64,000 bases of DNA from Dudresnaya verticillata. Lineage: Eukaryota. Shown piece after piece: positions 35,520 to 48,301 of the stretch. The stretch's first letter is position 1. Every line of letters begins with the position of its first letter. The translations under genes were made by a program, and so were the position numbers. The stretch lies in the NCBI GenBank assembly GCA_977862235.1, contig OZ374562.1:124001-188000 (forward strand), given 5' to 3'. The notes under the pieces are model-generated. The model saw nothing but the letters and a program-made list of their open reading frames with translations, searched no databases and was not told the origin of the DNA.

Positions 35520-36086
35520 TCGGATTTTTTTTGGGGGGGTCGAGCCTTTTCGAAGCGCTGCAAGCTACTTTGTCGTGTCAGTGTGATGCGTAACATCGGA
35601 CGTTCTCGAGGACGATGGGCGCTTTGGCTCGACGCGCGCTTGAGCTGCTTCTGTGACACTCATAGTTGCGTATCGGTTTGCGTTGTAATTTTCGAGTAGT
35701 GCAGCGGCCATGGCTATACTGTACTGTACCCACAATGCTGCTGCAAGCGTCGAAGGCTGTGTGGCACACTACCAGACAAGGGAGTTGTTAAGGATTCCTC
35801 GCAACAGTTTATAAGATACTGTACTGTAATAATACTAAGTTGTGCATAGATAATCCAGTCGATCCAATCACCCGAGTGTTCGAAAGTAAGCACGGCTCCC
35901 ATCTCGTAAAACATTCCTTGGGTTCAGCCGCCCCGCTCGCGCTTCCGGTCTCAATGTAAGGATGCCCCTCTTCAGAATAGTTTTTCTGATGCACTCGCTG
36001 TTAGGCGAAAGCCGCCGCTTGCACGTTTCAGTCCGCCTCCCTTTTTCGACGGAACCCCGTTTCCTTCTCCGCTGTCCTCTGTTGCG

Positions 36087-37067
36087 ATGCAGAAACATTG
36101 CAAATCGAACGGTGATGAAGGTAAGGTCTTCCTCGAGGCCAACGAAGACACTCTCAAGCGCCAAAATCCCTACACTTGTCGAAAATTTGCCTACCTCATT
36201 CTCGCAGTGCTTGCCGCCAAGCTCATCTTTGATGTATACACCTCCAATGTATCGCAACGGCTAGGAAAAGCAACGGATGCTCCACGCGACGATGAGGAGT
36301 TTGTGCAAGACCGACTTTCGCAATTTATTCAAACGATGAAAGGAAGCAAGAACAACTTCTTTCGCTACGTGAAAGGCCCGGACTTGATGCTTGCCATTCC
36401 GCCAAAGAGTGGCTCTACATCGTTCTATGTGTGGATGTACAAAAGCATGAAGGGTGGCACACATAACTGCTCCACCTACATCCAGAATGAATCATCAGAG
36501 TGTTGGGAAGGACAGCTAGTAGGCCTGTCGGACATGCAGAAATCCGACATTATCAGAGCTGCAAGAGCCCCGCAGGCCCTGCGGGTAGCTATCTGGCGAG
36601 ACCCTTTTGACCGTCTCGTGTCCGGATGGAAGAGCAAGCTCGCCTGTGGCTGGCGGTACAAGATAGATTCCAATGATCGTATACGTATGACCCCACAGCT
36701 TTGCGAGGTCGCAGGCCTCGAGCCCAAGCTATGCCTCAACATAACTGATTTTGGCGACACACTCGACGCACTTCGCAGCAGATTGATCGCAGGCCAAGTC
36801 CAGCCTGAGCAAATCAATTTGCATTTTCGGCCCTTGGACTATTTCTTCGACGTTGTGAAGTACGACATTGTTTTGACCACTGAAGAAATGTCCAACACAA
36901 CGCTGCTACAGAAAGTTGTCGACAGAATGAAGTATAAAGAGCTTGCTATGGAGGGTATACAGAGGCTGCACGCATCTATGGGAGCGGAACTGTTGATTCC
37001 GAACAGAACCGCTTCACAAATTGCAGCTTTCGCGGCTTTGACAAAGGGGTTGAGCGCAGATCAATAG
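36087..37067 (+). CDS. Carbohydrate sulfotransferase (Sulfotransfer_2-like), type II membrane protein, 326 aa
   Basis: N-terminal TM FAYLILAVLAAKLIF; 5'-PSB IPPKSGSTS; 3'-PB WRDPFDRLVSGW; HFRP motif. Confidence 0.88.
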   Translation: MQKHCKSNGDEGKVFLEANEDTLKRQNPYTCRKFAYLILAVLAAKLIFDVYTSNVSQRLGKATDAPRDDEEFVQDRLSQFIQTMKGSKNNFFRYVKGPDLMLAIPPKSGSTSFYVWMYKSMKGGTHNCSTYIQNESSECWEGQLVGLSDMQKSDIIRAARAPQALRVAIWRDPFDRLVSGWKSKLACGWRYKIDSNDRIRMTPQLCEVAGLEPKLCLNITDFGDTLDALRSRLIAGQVQPEQINLHFRPLDYFFDVVKYDIVLTTEEMSNTTLLQKVVDRMKYKELAMEGIQRLHASMGAELLIPNRTASQIAAFAALTKGLSADQ

Positions 37068-38209
37068 GGCTCCGGCCATACAGCACAGATTGGATGTTTT
37101 GCGAAGTTTTAAATGAAGCTTTGGTGGCTATGTTTGCCCATGGTGCAGTTTCAAAAGAGGTGGATACTCCTGTCTCACTTCTACGGCATGGTAGGCTGGA
37201 AAGTTTCAACACGAAATACTTTGTAACCACGCCTATATAGCGCGGTGGGACGCACAAGTTTTTCCCCACGGCACAAATGTCCATTGCCCAATTGAGAAGA
37301 CTTTGTGACTATTTTACGGAATCGCGGATATATATTGAGGAGTAGCAGATTCGTGCGCAGCAGCTAAGAAATATCATGGCTGATACACTATGAGCGCGAC
37401 GTAGCCTGTTTATAGCCTGTTTGAACAGAACCTGGACTGGGGATTTCCTGAGGCTTCTGGTGCCCGTCAACAACAAAACACCTTTATCGCATTGGGGAAT
37501 ATTTTGAGGAAGTACTGCAGAACTCTTTCAAAACACCGAGAAAGTTGTTCTACTTGCTAAAGAAATACTCTATTGTCGTCTGGGACATCTTCTGATTTCT
37601 CTGGCGCTTCAGAGACTGCTGAACACGGCTAAGGCAACATCGGCTGAAAAAGGGATGCCTTCACAGTCATCAAGTAGTCCATTTCGCAACACAGATGCAT
37701 TCAGCTTCTCTCCAGTTTACATGTTTTGTAGCGATATGTTGTTCTCGTTAGCAGCTTCCTTAGTGTTTCAGTAGTCCTCGCGGGAGCTACTAATGCAAAC
37801 TCTGCCTCACAAGTTTACTGGGAGCTCTGGAGGGCGCAATGCCACCATCAACTTCAGGCGCCCAAGTCATATTCTTACTATCGAGGAATATGGCCCTATT
37901 TTTTTTTGCCTGTTTTACTGTTTTGCCTGCCACGGCGGATGACTTTCGGATTCTGTATTGCCATATCACATATTCTTGAAGGCCTCATATACTGGCTGAT
38001 TTCAAAGGAACCGGATCGGTGGATGGAAGCGGTATTCTTTTTATCGCGGATATTCCTTTATCGAAGCATTCTTATATCAAGGATTGTCTGTATAACAGGA
38101 AAGCAGAGGTACCAGTCTAATAACCATAAAACGTAATTGCCTATGTCGCAAGAGAGCTCTCGCAGCTGTCTTTGCACCCCGCAAGTCGTTTTGAGCCATA
38201 GAGAGCCGT

Positions 38210-40105
38210 TTAGTTTCCTAACCTTCTCACGGCTCCCTCGATGTTCCGGAACTGACGAGTCGAATTTCGCTTCTCCTCCTGGTAGTCCAAATGTCCAGCC
38301 CAAGGGCCGAGAGGGGTCAGCTTTCCGGCTTTAATGACAATTGTCTCAAATTCCGGCTTGATGAACTGCCTCACGGCGTTCCTCCCCGGCCCTTTCTCCA
38401 CATACGAAAAGTAAGGATCAGTGTGGAAAACACCTTCATTTTGCTCCAGGGAGATTGCGCGGTCTGATCGAAACATGTCGAAATCACAGTACTCAATCCC
38501 GATTCTGATTCCGACGGAATGCTGCGCGGTAGGAATGATGAGAATTCTGTTCACGGCATAGCCCAACATAATCTGCTTCGTCTTGTCTGTAGCTTCCGTC
38601 AAAGACCGCATAGCAGTCGATGGATCACGAACATCAAAGTTAAAACCCTTGTTAATCCGGTTTGATGTCATGGAGCATGTATTAAGAGGGCCCTTCCATT
38701 GCTCATAGATTCCGCGTAAAGCCCGATGCTCGTTCTTGGAATTCGGTGATATTCCACAATTCAACAAGAACTTTTTGTCCACATTGTTTGGATAGTCGTC
38801 TGCGTTCAGGACATTGAAGCGACGACCAGCCATTACCTTTTTATCTAGGAGAGACTGTATTATACCATCCTCGTGGTCATTGACAGGAGCCGTAGTCCGG
38901 TTCTTGAAAGTCACCTCTGCACCGCCAAAGTCCATCTTCATGTGCAATTCCATTTCAAGTTCCCATTCCTTGTCTAGAACGGTGAAGGACACAGTGTGAT
39001 GTCTTGCAAAGAAGCGACGGGCAAAGGCAACGTGCATGTGTACCACTATTACCACAAACTTTTCAGCGTCATGGAGTGGAAAAGAGAAAACCTTAAACCC
39101 CCCATGGGATTCATCTTGTCGATTATGGGCTGTTGAGGCATCATACGTTTTCCATGCTGTGTAGTCAAATGCAGGTTTGTATAGTCCAGGATAGGCTCCA
39201 TGCTCATGGTCATAGTAGCACCACCAAATAGGGTCGATCATTGCATGCCATGTTCTCCACTTTAACAGTTCTCCTTCTTGCAAAGCCTCTTCAGGATCCC
39301 TTGAATCCGTCATATGCAGGTCATGGAGCCAAGTCGGGCATTTCCTATTCGGATGCACCTTAGCCGCTTCTATTAGCTTTTGAGAACGCAGCGACCTCAC
39401 CTTAGCTGGAGACGGTGGGTACAAAAATGGCCTAGGCGGCGTCCCAATATCATCTGGTTCAAGGAAGAGTAAGTTATATCGAGTCACAACGAGATTTCCA
39501 TTTACCCGGAGCTTCTGTGGGTGTGGGAGGCGAAGGATTTCTCCATCACCAACAATTGACTCCACTGCAGCAGAAAGGGCTGGAAGAGATAACACATTTT
39601 TCGTTCGTCCAAGGTCACCCACCGGTATTGCTCTACCGGTCTTTGACCTCAGGGCCTTTAGACCCTTCCACGAGGAGTCCAGACCTGTCACACTTTTCAG
39701 TTGCTCACACTGCATTACTTTCTGGCTGATATCCTTTCCATTTATAAGAAGTACGACTCTTGCTGCCCTATTCAGATGAATCTCAAGAAATGTATCACTC
39801 AGTCCGGAGGGATTCTTGCCTGTTCCGTGCACAAAGAGAGCGTCCATGTCGCTCGCAAAATGCTCCTTTGATGGGTACAAGTCATAAGAGGCGGAAGCCG
39901 GAGCAAAGAAAGCGCACGAAGTTGTCTTGAATCCCTTATGCGAGCAGTAGTATTTTTTCACTGCTACCGGTTTTGGCTCCATTCCCTTGAACTGGGGTAA
40001 TGTGTACATCGGGTGCCTTCTGAATGAATACTCTGGAAAGTCCAGAGAGTAGCATATTTCAAAAATAAGTGCACATGTAGTAATGAAGGTGAATATGCTT
40101 GCCAT
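38210..40105 (-). CDS. Uncharacterised secreted protein (631 aa) with His-rich motifs
   Basis: Long intact ORF; signal-peptide-like N-terminus; WRTWHAMIDPIWWCYYDHEHG, ESHGGFKVF, VHMH, ARHHT. Confidence 0.85.
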   Translation of the reverse strand: MASIFTFITTCALIFEICYSLDFPEYSFRRHPMYTLPQFKGMEPKPVAVKKYYCSHKGFKTTSCAFFAPASASYDLYPSKEHFASDMDALFVHGTGKNPSGLSDTFLEIHLNRAARVVLLINGKDISQKVMQCEQLKSVTGLDSSWKGLKALRSKTGRAIPVGDLGRTKNVLSLPALSAAVESIVGDGEILRLPHPQKLRVNGNLVVTRYNLLFLEPDDIGTPPRPFLYPPSPAKVRSLRSQKLIEAAKVHPNRKCPTWLHDLHMTDSRDPEEALQEGELLKWRTWHAMIDPIWWCYYDHEHGAYPGLYKPAFDYTAWKTYDASTAHNRQDESHGGFKVFSFPLHDAEKFVVIVVHMHVAFARRFFARHHTVSFTVLDKEWELEMELHMKMDFGGAEVTFKNRTTAPVNDHEDGIIQSLLDKKVMAGRRFNVLNADDYPNNVDKKFLLNCGISPNSKNEHRALRGIYEQWKGPLNTCSMTSNRINKGFNFDVRDPSTAMRSLTEATDKTKQIMLGYAVNRILIIPTAQHSVGIRIGIEYCDFDMFRSDRAISLEQNEGVFHTDPYFSYVEKGPGRNAVRQFIKPEFETIVIKAGKLTPLGPWAGHLDYQEEKRNSTRQFRNIEGAVRRLGN

Positions 40106-41496
40106 TTTGATATGAGAATAGTCTCGCTGGGCTTTGTTGATGCGAGCTGATGAATGTGGACATCAACGGGAAATCAAAGGATTGCTGTGTCTAGTCTTTC
40201 GAATACAACATCTGCTGAAAGGTAAACTTCTAGTGTACAGAACATGGTGTCTGCATTAGGTGTCCTTGTAGAATAAGTACTAGATTTCTACCTATCCTCG
40301 GAGCCGGACTGCTAGGGCGAGGATGGAAATATTTCGTTTCTAGGAGAGCGCGACGCCAAGCTTCTTTAAATGAGCGAGTACAATCCTAAGATGTTCTCTC
40401 AAGACTCACATCAGCCGTCAGGGTTTTTACCTTCTACAATCTTTGATGTCTCCATCAGAATCGATTTTTGGACCTCGCCCTACGCATGTAATCCGGCTCT
40501 TGACGCCATTTCACACTGTACGTGAGGTTTTTCGTTGGGTGGGCTACTTGCCTCCTCCTGAACAACAGCTTGAAGACTTTTCCGCATTACTCACACTTCG
40601 ACTAGAGAGGCGGGGTATTAAGGGCCAGGGCAATTTTTCCGGTAGTCATGTCACGGAAATCTCTTCGTCCTGCGCGGCCTTCCTACCGTCCCAATAACAT
40701 GATGGTAATATCCAGTGGCTATCCGAACAGCACTGTGACCTTCAAAGAGGTCGGGATCCCGGACCTTTTGGAATGTCAATTTTGAAAATAACGTTACAAA
40801 AACACACTCCTCCACGTCATGTGAGTGAAGCTATGAAAATTTCCTACTCCATGTAAACTAAACAAGTGCGCCATGTTTAGTAGTTAATAGTGTCAAGGAA
40901 AGACAATCAATATGCAAGGTAATATCATTTGCTAGCAGCGATTTTCAATGCGAACTGTGCCAAGGGTTTGTGTTCTTCATATCTTGTTCTGTTATCCAGA
41001 TTGCTGTTCGTTCCCATTCTCTGCGAAAGCTCTCGAGAGTTACCTAATATTTTGACTGATGCTCTCAATGGCCCTTGGAAGCGTTAATACACGAGAGAAG
41101 GGGAGAATCGATATTTTCTGGAGCGATGATAGAGTTAGTAGGTTTACTGAGAGTACGAGTGTAGTACAGGTGGTGCTAGATTCTCTCTATTTTGGTCAGC
41201 AGCAAAGAACCCTTTCTGTACTTTTCATTACATGTTCTTACTGAGCTGGCTTCAAGTACAGGAAACACGTAGATATCTCTACAGATATGCCAGTTTCTGT
41301 CACAGAAGAAAGCGTGAAGACAGATTTTCGAAGCACTTCCAGATCAGCGCTCAGTGCAGCGGAGCTATATCCCATCGATGTAGTAAAGTGTACATTGTCT
41401 TTAGGGCATGCTTTTCGCTCTGGTGTTTGAGTCGCCACGACGGCATCCCGCAGCGACAAAAATAATAACAGCAAGTAGCTGGGGCGTCCGATCCAC

Positions 41497-42153
41497 TTAA
41501 ACGCAGTTGAAGATCAGTTTGGAGCTCCTTGCTCCCTTGTTCTCTCCAGTTCCAGTGCATTGATTGAGCCTGTCATAGTGTTTGTAAGTTGGGGATGTTG
41601 GCTGAGTTTCCGACTCGCGGCATGGCCTTCTGGCTCGAGCTGCTCGAAGTTCTGCCGGTGGGAGATCTAGATCTAAATACTGTAACTTTCTGATTAGAGC
41701 TGCTCGACGTTCTGCCGTTGGGCTATCAGGATCTAAATCTCGCCGAATCATGCGGAAGGTGTGATACTGGACGTCATGCCCCTCACAGATAGCTGCACAA
41801 TAGTCCGTCAAATCGTCATCAGATGAAAGTGGAAAGAGCTCTTCCTTTGGGAATTGCCTCCATTGTCTAGCACACATCATTGGAGCGTGTCTTAGCTCTG
41901 CCGGGCCTTCCGCCGAGTGTGCAATGAAATATGCGAAAGACGGAAGGATTTCTGACTCTTCGTCGGGAAGACGTGGGGAAAATACTGGAAGTCGTCTCCG
42001 GGCAAAACGACAGGACCATGTATCTCCAGGTATCAGCTCTTCGTACCAGTAGTTACAGGCTAGTATGACTGGGGTGTCCATTACAGGAATGGTGGAACGC
42101 GGCTTCGGGTATGTTTCTCGCGGATACTGAGTCTCCGACGGCGGCTTGTTCAT
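41497..42153 (-). CDS. Hypothetical protein (218 aa)
   Basis: ATG-initiated ORF with plausible composition; no recognisable motif. Confidence 0.4.
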   Translation of the reverse strand: MNKPPSETQYPRETYPKPRSTIPVMDTPVILACNYWYEELIPGDTWSCRFARRRLPVFSPRLPDEESEILPSFAYFIAHSAEGPAELRHAPMMCARQWRQFPKEELFPLSSDDDLTDYCAAICEGHDVQYHTFRMIRRDLDPDSPTAERRAALIRKLQYLDLDLPPAELRAARARRPCRESETQPTSPTYKHYDRLNQCTGTGENKGARSSKLIFNCV

Positions 42154-42621
42154 TTGTATGGCTTAGAGGTTTTAGCTTTTTCTTAATTCCTCAAAGTACC
42201 TTTGAGCAGCTTTAGCTAGTTTACAAGTCTTGTGATACCTGTCTAAATTCCAAAAGACAGGCACTAAATCCAGTTGAGGAGCAACCAGAATGGTTGAAGG
42301 CCGATTTGTGGTCGTTAACTGAACAGCACCCTCGCTAGACCTTCGTGTACAACAGGCTCCATCAAACCCATTCTGAGCTTCTCAATCTTTATCATTCAGC
42401 CTGCCGATATGTTGCTTTTGTCCAACTCAAGGTTGAGATAGAGAAAAGAAGCCATTTGCTGGAGACAGATACGGCATTCGGGCTCTCGATCGATCGATGA
42501 CGAACATAGCGTGGAAGGTAGAAATAGGCAACATTGCATTATTAGCATTCAGATGCGCGCAAATTGTATGAAAAATGTTGAGTTGTGTGGTCATTGGTCA
42601 TTACCACCCCACCCACCCACC

Positions 42622-42623
<2 letters not shown>

Positions 42624-42658
<35 letters not shown>
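42624..42658. repeat. 35-nt poly-C homopolymer preceded by (CCCA)n
   Basis: Directly visible. Confidence 0.95.
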
Positions 42659-44998
42659 ACCACACCCAAAATGGGTCAACAAACTGACAGGAGAGTGGAG
42701 ACGTGATTTCTGACTGGGAGCGACCTGGATAACTTAAATAATTGATGTCCCATCTGTAATGCACCATCGCTATTTCTGTAAGAGGCGTTGCCGACTAGCT
42801 AGACATCTCTTTATATACATCAGAGCTTTCTAACATTCTCATATTTCGCGCCACGATTTTGTTGTTTTGCTGTGATGGTGTTCTGTTTCTACGAGTTAAA
42901 CTTCTAGTTTGTAGCAGGTTGTAATCCAGGTGGAATCCATAACAGGGGCATCTGACATCTTCTTTCTACTAATGGGAGGAGCGAGACGTGATAGAGAACA
43001 ACAGCAGCGAAAAACAGGATGCGCTGAAGTGCTTCCGGGGATTAAATTGGTGCAGAACGCCGGTATCGATTAATAATTCATTGCACTTCAAGACTACCAC
43101 TCAAGAACAAGGCAGACCACGTGTCTAGTCAATGTGTCTCCAATAATTGCGCAAGACAAACATGCTTCTACAGTATACAATACAATCTGTTCTCGGCAAC
43201 AGGGAGTGACTGCAAAGAACTCATCTAACCTAACAACACTGAAGATGAATCTATAGAAATAGACAAACCAAGATTGCTTAGGGCTTTGAAGGACGTGGAA
43301 AGTGCATTCAATTTGAGAGATAAGTACACTAAAAGATACGTACACTAAAGGTGTTGTTGAATTGAATTATCGATTCTGTTCATGTTGATTGTGGCTGGTT
43401 TCTCCGAACAAACATGGGAAGCGCAGGTCCAACAAAGAGGGCATAGCACTCCTGTTCGTATAGGAAGAAAAGATGGAAGATTTTGGAAGCTTTATCGTTT
43501 CACGAAGACAACAGGATAATCAAAATAGCTTGACAAGTACTGAAGGATCATCCAGAGGCAAAGTTATGGAACTAGCGAATCTCCCTGTGTGTTTGGAAGA
43601 GCCCCTTCGCTTCCTGTTCAGTTCTTTCTTCTGTTGAACTACAAGCGGAGGCGGAAACTAACTGTATAGGGGAGGGAGAGCAGATAAAGGAGCGATTTTT
43701 CACTCGTGTAGGCATTCAATTTCTCGTGAGCCATATTATGGAAAGATCTTAAGGGAGGGTCCTTCAGCTTGGCGATCTGCTAGTTTGCTACGCATCCTGG
43801 TGTTTGTTTTGCTTGCAGTCCTTGCGTGCTTACTATGCTCAATATGCATTCTATATGCACTGCGAACCTCACAGTGTGTGACGTTGGTGTGTGAAGTTCA
43901 GAAACACTTCATAAAGTTGGACCTTCGCACACGATACTACTCTGCAACTGTGCCTGTCAGGATATAGAATCCTGTATGATCGCTCTGTACTGTCAACGGA
44001 TACCAGCGCAAATGACTCAATGGCATTTTTGCCGTTGATAGCACCGGGTCCTAGAATACTGCAGCCATCGGACAACCCAATTCTTGCGGTGGAGGGGATC
44101 TTGGGACAGGCTAGTTTTTGTGAGATGCCGACTGTTACGGCGGATGACCTCTTGATTCGAATCAAGTGCCGGAGGCCAGGAAGACGCACTACCACAGCTT
44201 GGGTACAGCGCGGCGGGATTGCGCTTGGTCAGGTTCAGAAAGGTCACGAGCCCAACACCGCAGACAGTGTGGTACTGCTATTCTCACAACTTCCTCTCTT
44301 CGCTTTCTGGTGCAACTTTGGTTGGACCACAACTCGCTCCTTGCATTGCCACTCTCCGCGAAGTAGGTAAAGAAAAATCGTTCCACGGCTCGTCATCCCG
44401 GACTCTTTACTTTGGGTATTATTCGCTGACAATGGACGTACTCAGAACTATACAATAATTGGGAATGTACAACATGCAGTATCGATAGCTCTACGTCATC
44501 CAACAACGTTCGTTAAACATTTGATTCCATTTTGAAAGCGTAACAATCCTGCGAAGTCGCATCACTGACCCAGCATTGCATTTCGGGGAAACGGGAGAAA
44601 TCTCCAACATCCGGAATTCCAGGGTACTGAAACTCATGGGCAAGTCAGGGGTACGGCTCGATCTTTCTGGCGAAACCAAATCAGGTTCCTCCTTCTGTGA
44701 GGTGTCTGCAAGCCTGGCTTGGAAAGGCTTGCCATGAAAATGCTTTAGTACCAAATACGCGATTTTATCGTAAACCCAAGCATACTCGTGCAGGCTTTTT
44801 AGGACCATCTGCCCCCGGCCAGGTGCATTGCGGGACCGGCTCGTTCGTAAATACGAACCAGTCTTTTCAAGCATTCCAACTGGTACATAACTCAACAACC
44901 GTCGTCATCGCACCGAACCTTCTGCGAGAGCGATGTGATGTACATATTCAGGATTCCAGTTTGCAAGAAACATCAAACTGCCAGCTTCACTCGCAGCA

Positions 44999-45652
44999 AT
45001 GAGTACAAGTCGGTCTACTAAGGGTAGTCCCCATCGGCGTAATACAAATCGCGATTCAAAGCCGTATGCTGCAGTACAGCAGAAGATCTCAAAGGCGGTT
45101 CCCAAAAGCAAGGACATAATTCGTACAATAACCCCTAGTGCTAGTTCTGTATTCATGCCAGATGATGGTATCACTTCTCCCCAGGAGCAGCAAAATCCTG
45201 GGGCTGCTAACGTCAACATTTCTGCACTCGGAAACGGCATAAATGGATACACGAATCAACCAGAGAATGTATCTGTCCATCGAACTACCTTATCGGGGGA
45301 AGCAGAGAGAATCAAGAACTTGGAAGTACGCAAGCTACAGAAGACAGCAGAGAAGAAAATAGCTAAGGGCATGAATTCGCGAGGTCGACAGAAGCTCATA
45401 ACATGGATAAAGCAAAAGGATGAGGTTGCTCATCAGTGCCGATTAATTGTTGTATCTGAGTTTAAGATTGATGGAAGGATCTTGTCTCCAGTGCATGATG
45501 TGTGGAGTGACGCCCTCGACGTCATGGACAACTGGCATTTGCGCATTTTGGAAGCTCTTCTCAGTAGATTGAAAGTACAAGAAGGCAAGAAGAACTGGGA
45601 CGTGATAGCTGAATCGTTCTCTAATAGTTCACCTGGACGCATGTCGAGATAA
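44999..45652 (+). CDS. Hypothetical protein (217 aa), basic, with a helical C-terminus
   Basis: ATG-initiated ORF; ends in KKNWDVIAESF (weakly SANT/Myb-like). Confidence 0.45.
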   Translation: MSTSRSTKGSPHRRNTNRDSKPYAAVQQKISKAVPKSKDIIRTITPSASSVFMPDDGITSPQEQQNPGAANVNISALGNGINGYTNQPENVSVHRTTLSGEAERIKNLEVRKLQKTAEKKIAKGMNSRGRQKLITWIKQKDEVAHQCRLIVVSEFKIDGRILSPVHDVWSDALDVMDNWHLRILEALLSRLKVQEGKKNWDVIAESFSNSSPGRMSR

Positions 45653-47050
45653 CACGAAAAAAGAAACAGGAGCAAAAAAGGGAAAGCTTCATTGTTTTGT
45701 CTCCTCTTTCCTCCTCGTGTTTTGCTCACAGATCAACATCACATCTAGATTGGAACTTTTTTCTCATCCGAGCAAGTGTTTCTTGAAGAGATTGTAACAC
45801 GGGTGCGCAACTTTTTAGGTTAAAACTCTGTGATGCTGTCAGAGAGGTCTTCTTCAGCAGAAGAGTAGTCAAGGCAATATCAAGAAACTTATGAATTATG
45901 AGTCATCCATCTCTCCCTCCCTCTCCCTCTTACGACAACTATTCTTTGAAGACTTCCAGATTCAGCACCACGCCTCTCGCCTGACATACACGGGCAGGAA
46001 CTTCGAAAAATCTACGAACTCCATTGAAGAACAAATCGTCACAGCCACATCAATATCTTGAAAATCCATATCCCATCCCACAATACATTTCTACCCCATC
46101 TTCAAAATCCCAATAAAGACAACAATCTCTCTCTCTCCCCGTTTTCCGGGAACGAACAATAAGAGCGGATCTCAGGAAGGTGTTACGAAACAGAGAGGAG
46201 TTTTTCGATAGAGCCCCAAGCGTCCTCCCCCCACCCCAAGCTATGCCCCCCAAGGTCGGCCTTAAATTCCACGATTTTGAAGCATTGTTCTGTAGCCGCT
46301 GCCGCTTGTATTGCAGTGCCGTGGCAACTTCAGGTCTAATCCCGCTTGGATTAAGAAAGAGTGCACATCGTGTACACTTCAGTACTCCGCAATGTACGGA
46401 AGTACTTGTGAATATGTTGTGTACTTAGAGTAGTTCAATTCTTCCTGGAAGGCCAGTAACAGGTTATGCACAGTAAGAAGCTACGGTCAAGCCGCAAATG
46501 CGCAACCATACACAATTCAAGACGCGCAACCTTGTTGTGAGCTATCTCGACATGAGACAAGCACTGTCAGATTTGTGATAGAGCAAGTCCAGCTTTAAAC
46601 TTCACTCGTTGCAAATATTATTTTCGATGACATTGCACTTTCTCGTGAAGGTTCATGTTCGATTCCGTGAAGCATCAGGGCAAATATACCGAGGCATGGG
46701 CACTAAAAACACAGAGGCATAACAACGCCTACAAAAACAATGGTGACTATCAACGGAAACCACATACGTATAGACAGACACAAGCACACAATCACTAGGC
46801 CTGAGTATAAATCTATTTAGTTTGTAGAGTCTCTTCGTGCAGACATTCAGTCAGAATTCTCCGGGACATGGTCGTCGTGCCGATCTTTCTTGGCATTCAG
46901 GGCCGTTTTGCTTAACATTCCCAAGGAGAAAAATACGTCACCAATCTGGCGAAGAGGCCGAGAACTACTAAAGAGGTGGGAACGGATTGCTTTCCTGGAA
47001 TAAACACTGGAAAACAACACTACACCTTTCAACCTCCCACAATTGGTGGC

Positions 47051-48301
47051 ATGAAGATGAGAAGATTATATGCATCGATTCCTTCCTCGCATCCACGACT
47101 GAATTGGCCTTTATGCTGGAGCACACTCTTGCTGGGTATAATTGCAATTTCGACGCAGTGGGCGCCGCGCACGAAAGCACGGTCTACACGTGCTTTCAAA
47201 GAAGAGCAACTGGCATCACGATGGAGAGGTCGGCGTGAAACGTGCGCGCAGTGGATCAGCGCGCAAAGGAGTTCTCGAGCATACTTGGATTTCTATCTTA
47301 TTGGAGTCCAGAAAGGGGCGACATCTGAGCTTGCTACAAGACTATGGGACCTTGGAGTCATCGATGTTCGCATGAAGAAATCATGGGAATATCTCGAAAA
47401 GATCAGGGATTCTGATGCACCAAGTTACCCCACAGCTCTTCATCTGCAGTTCACATACGCTGGCCTTCACCAATTGCGTTTAAAACATTTCGTTGCGGGA
47501 AACCCTCACATGGAATCTAATGTTACTTCGGACGCAGCGATTCCAATGATTGATAGATCTTCTAGGCAGAAAAGGAAACTCATTTATGATGGTTCGGTCG
47601 AAGCTATGCTTTCAGACCGTGTTGCATTTCTCGCGCATGCCCTCAACCCCCATGCAAAAATTATATTGACGATCAGGGAACCTATTGGGCGAGCACTTAG
47701 TGAATACAACATGGTCATACGAAATCACAATCGGGATCAGCGAAAGATGGGATATCCAGATACAAATCGGGCTTCTCCGGAACAATTCGACTACCTCGTG
47801 CGACAAGAAATGAAGAAGCTAAGAGAATGCGGGTACAATGACAAAACTGGGAACCTGAACATGAGTACGACTGAGCTCCTAGATTGCGTTTACCCAAAGA
47901 CGTTCTCTATGGAAGCAATGCTATTTGTCACAAGAGGACTGTACCATTTGCATATTGATACCTGGCGGAAGTACTTCCCTGAACATCGCATGCTGTTCAT
48001 TCCTTTTTCCGGGGTTACTAGTGGAAAGGGACAAACCATGAAAGACATGTCAGATTTTCTCTGCGTTCGCCCTTATCCTCAGGTCCTTTTACAGAAATAT
48101 GCGGCCAAGGCATCAAATTCAAGCTACGGTATACAGGCTGCATTGATAGGCTCGAACAAGAGTGGAAATGGGTTTGACTTCTTTGGTGGAAACAACAGGT
48201 ACCTTTGGGATATTTGGGATTCTACTCGTCAAGCGCTAGAAGAATTTTATGGGCCCGCAAATAGTCGACTGCATGCAATGATGGGGGACCGTATGTTTTG
48301 A
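47051..48301 (+). CDS. Sulfotransferase (Sulfotransfer_1, heparan-sulfate-sulfotransferase-like), type II membrane protein, ~416 aa
   Basis: DFYLIGVQKGATSEL (5'-PSB), KIILTIREPIGRALSEY (3'-PB), RGLY..HI..W.KYFP, LEEFYGPAN.RL. Confidence 0.9.
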   Translation: MKMRRLYASIPSSHPRLNWPLCWSTLLLGIIAISTQWAPRTKARSTRAFKEEQLASRWRGRRETCAQWISAQRSSRAYLDFYLIGVQKGATSELATRLWDLGVIDVRMKKSWEYLEKIRDSDAPSYPTALHLQFTYAGLHQLRLKHFVAGNPHMESNVTSDAAIPMIDRSSRQKRKLIYDGSVEAMLSDRVAFLAHALNPHAKIILTIREPIGRALSEYNMVIRNHNRDQRKMGYPDTNRASPEQFDYLVRQEMKKLRECGYNDKTGNLNMSTTELLDCVYPKTFSMEAMLFVTRGLYHLHIDTWRKYFPEHRMLFIPFSGVTSGKGQTMKDMSDFLCVRPYPQVLLQKYAAKASNSSYGIQAALIGSNKSGNGFDFFGGNNRYLWDIWDSTRQALEEFYGPANSRLHAMMGDRMF

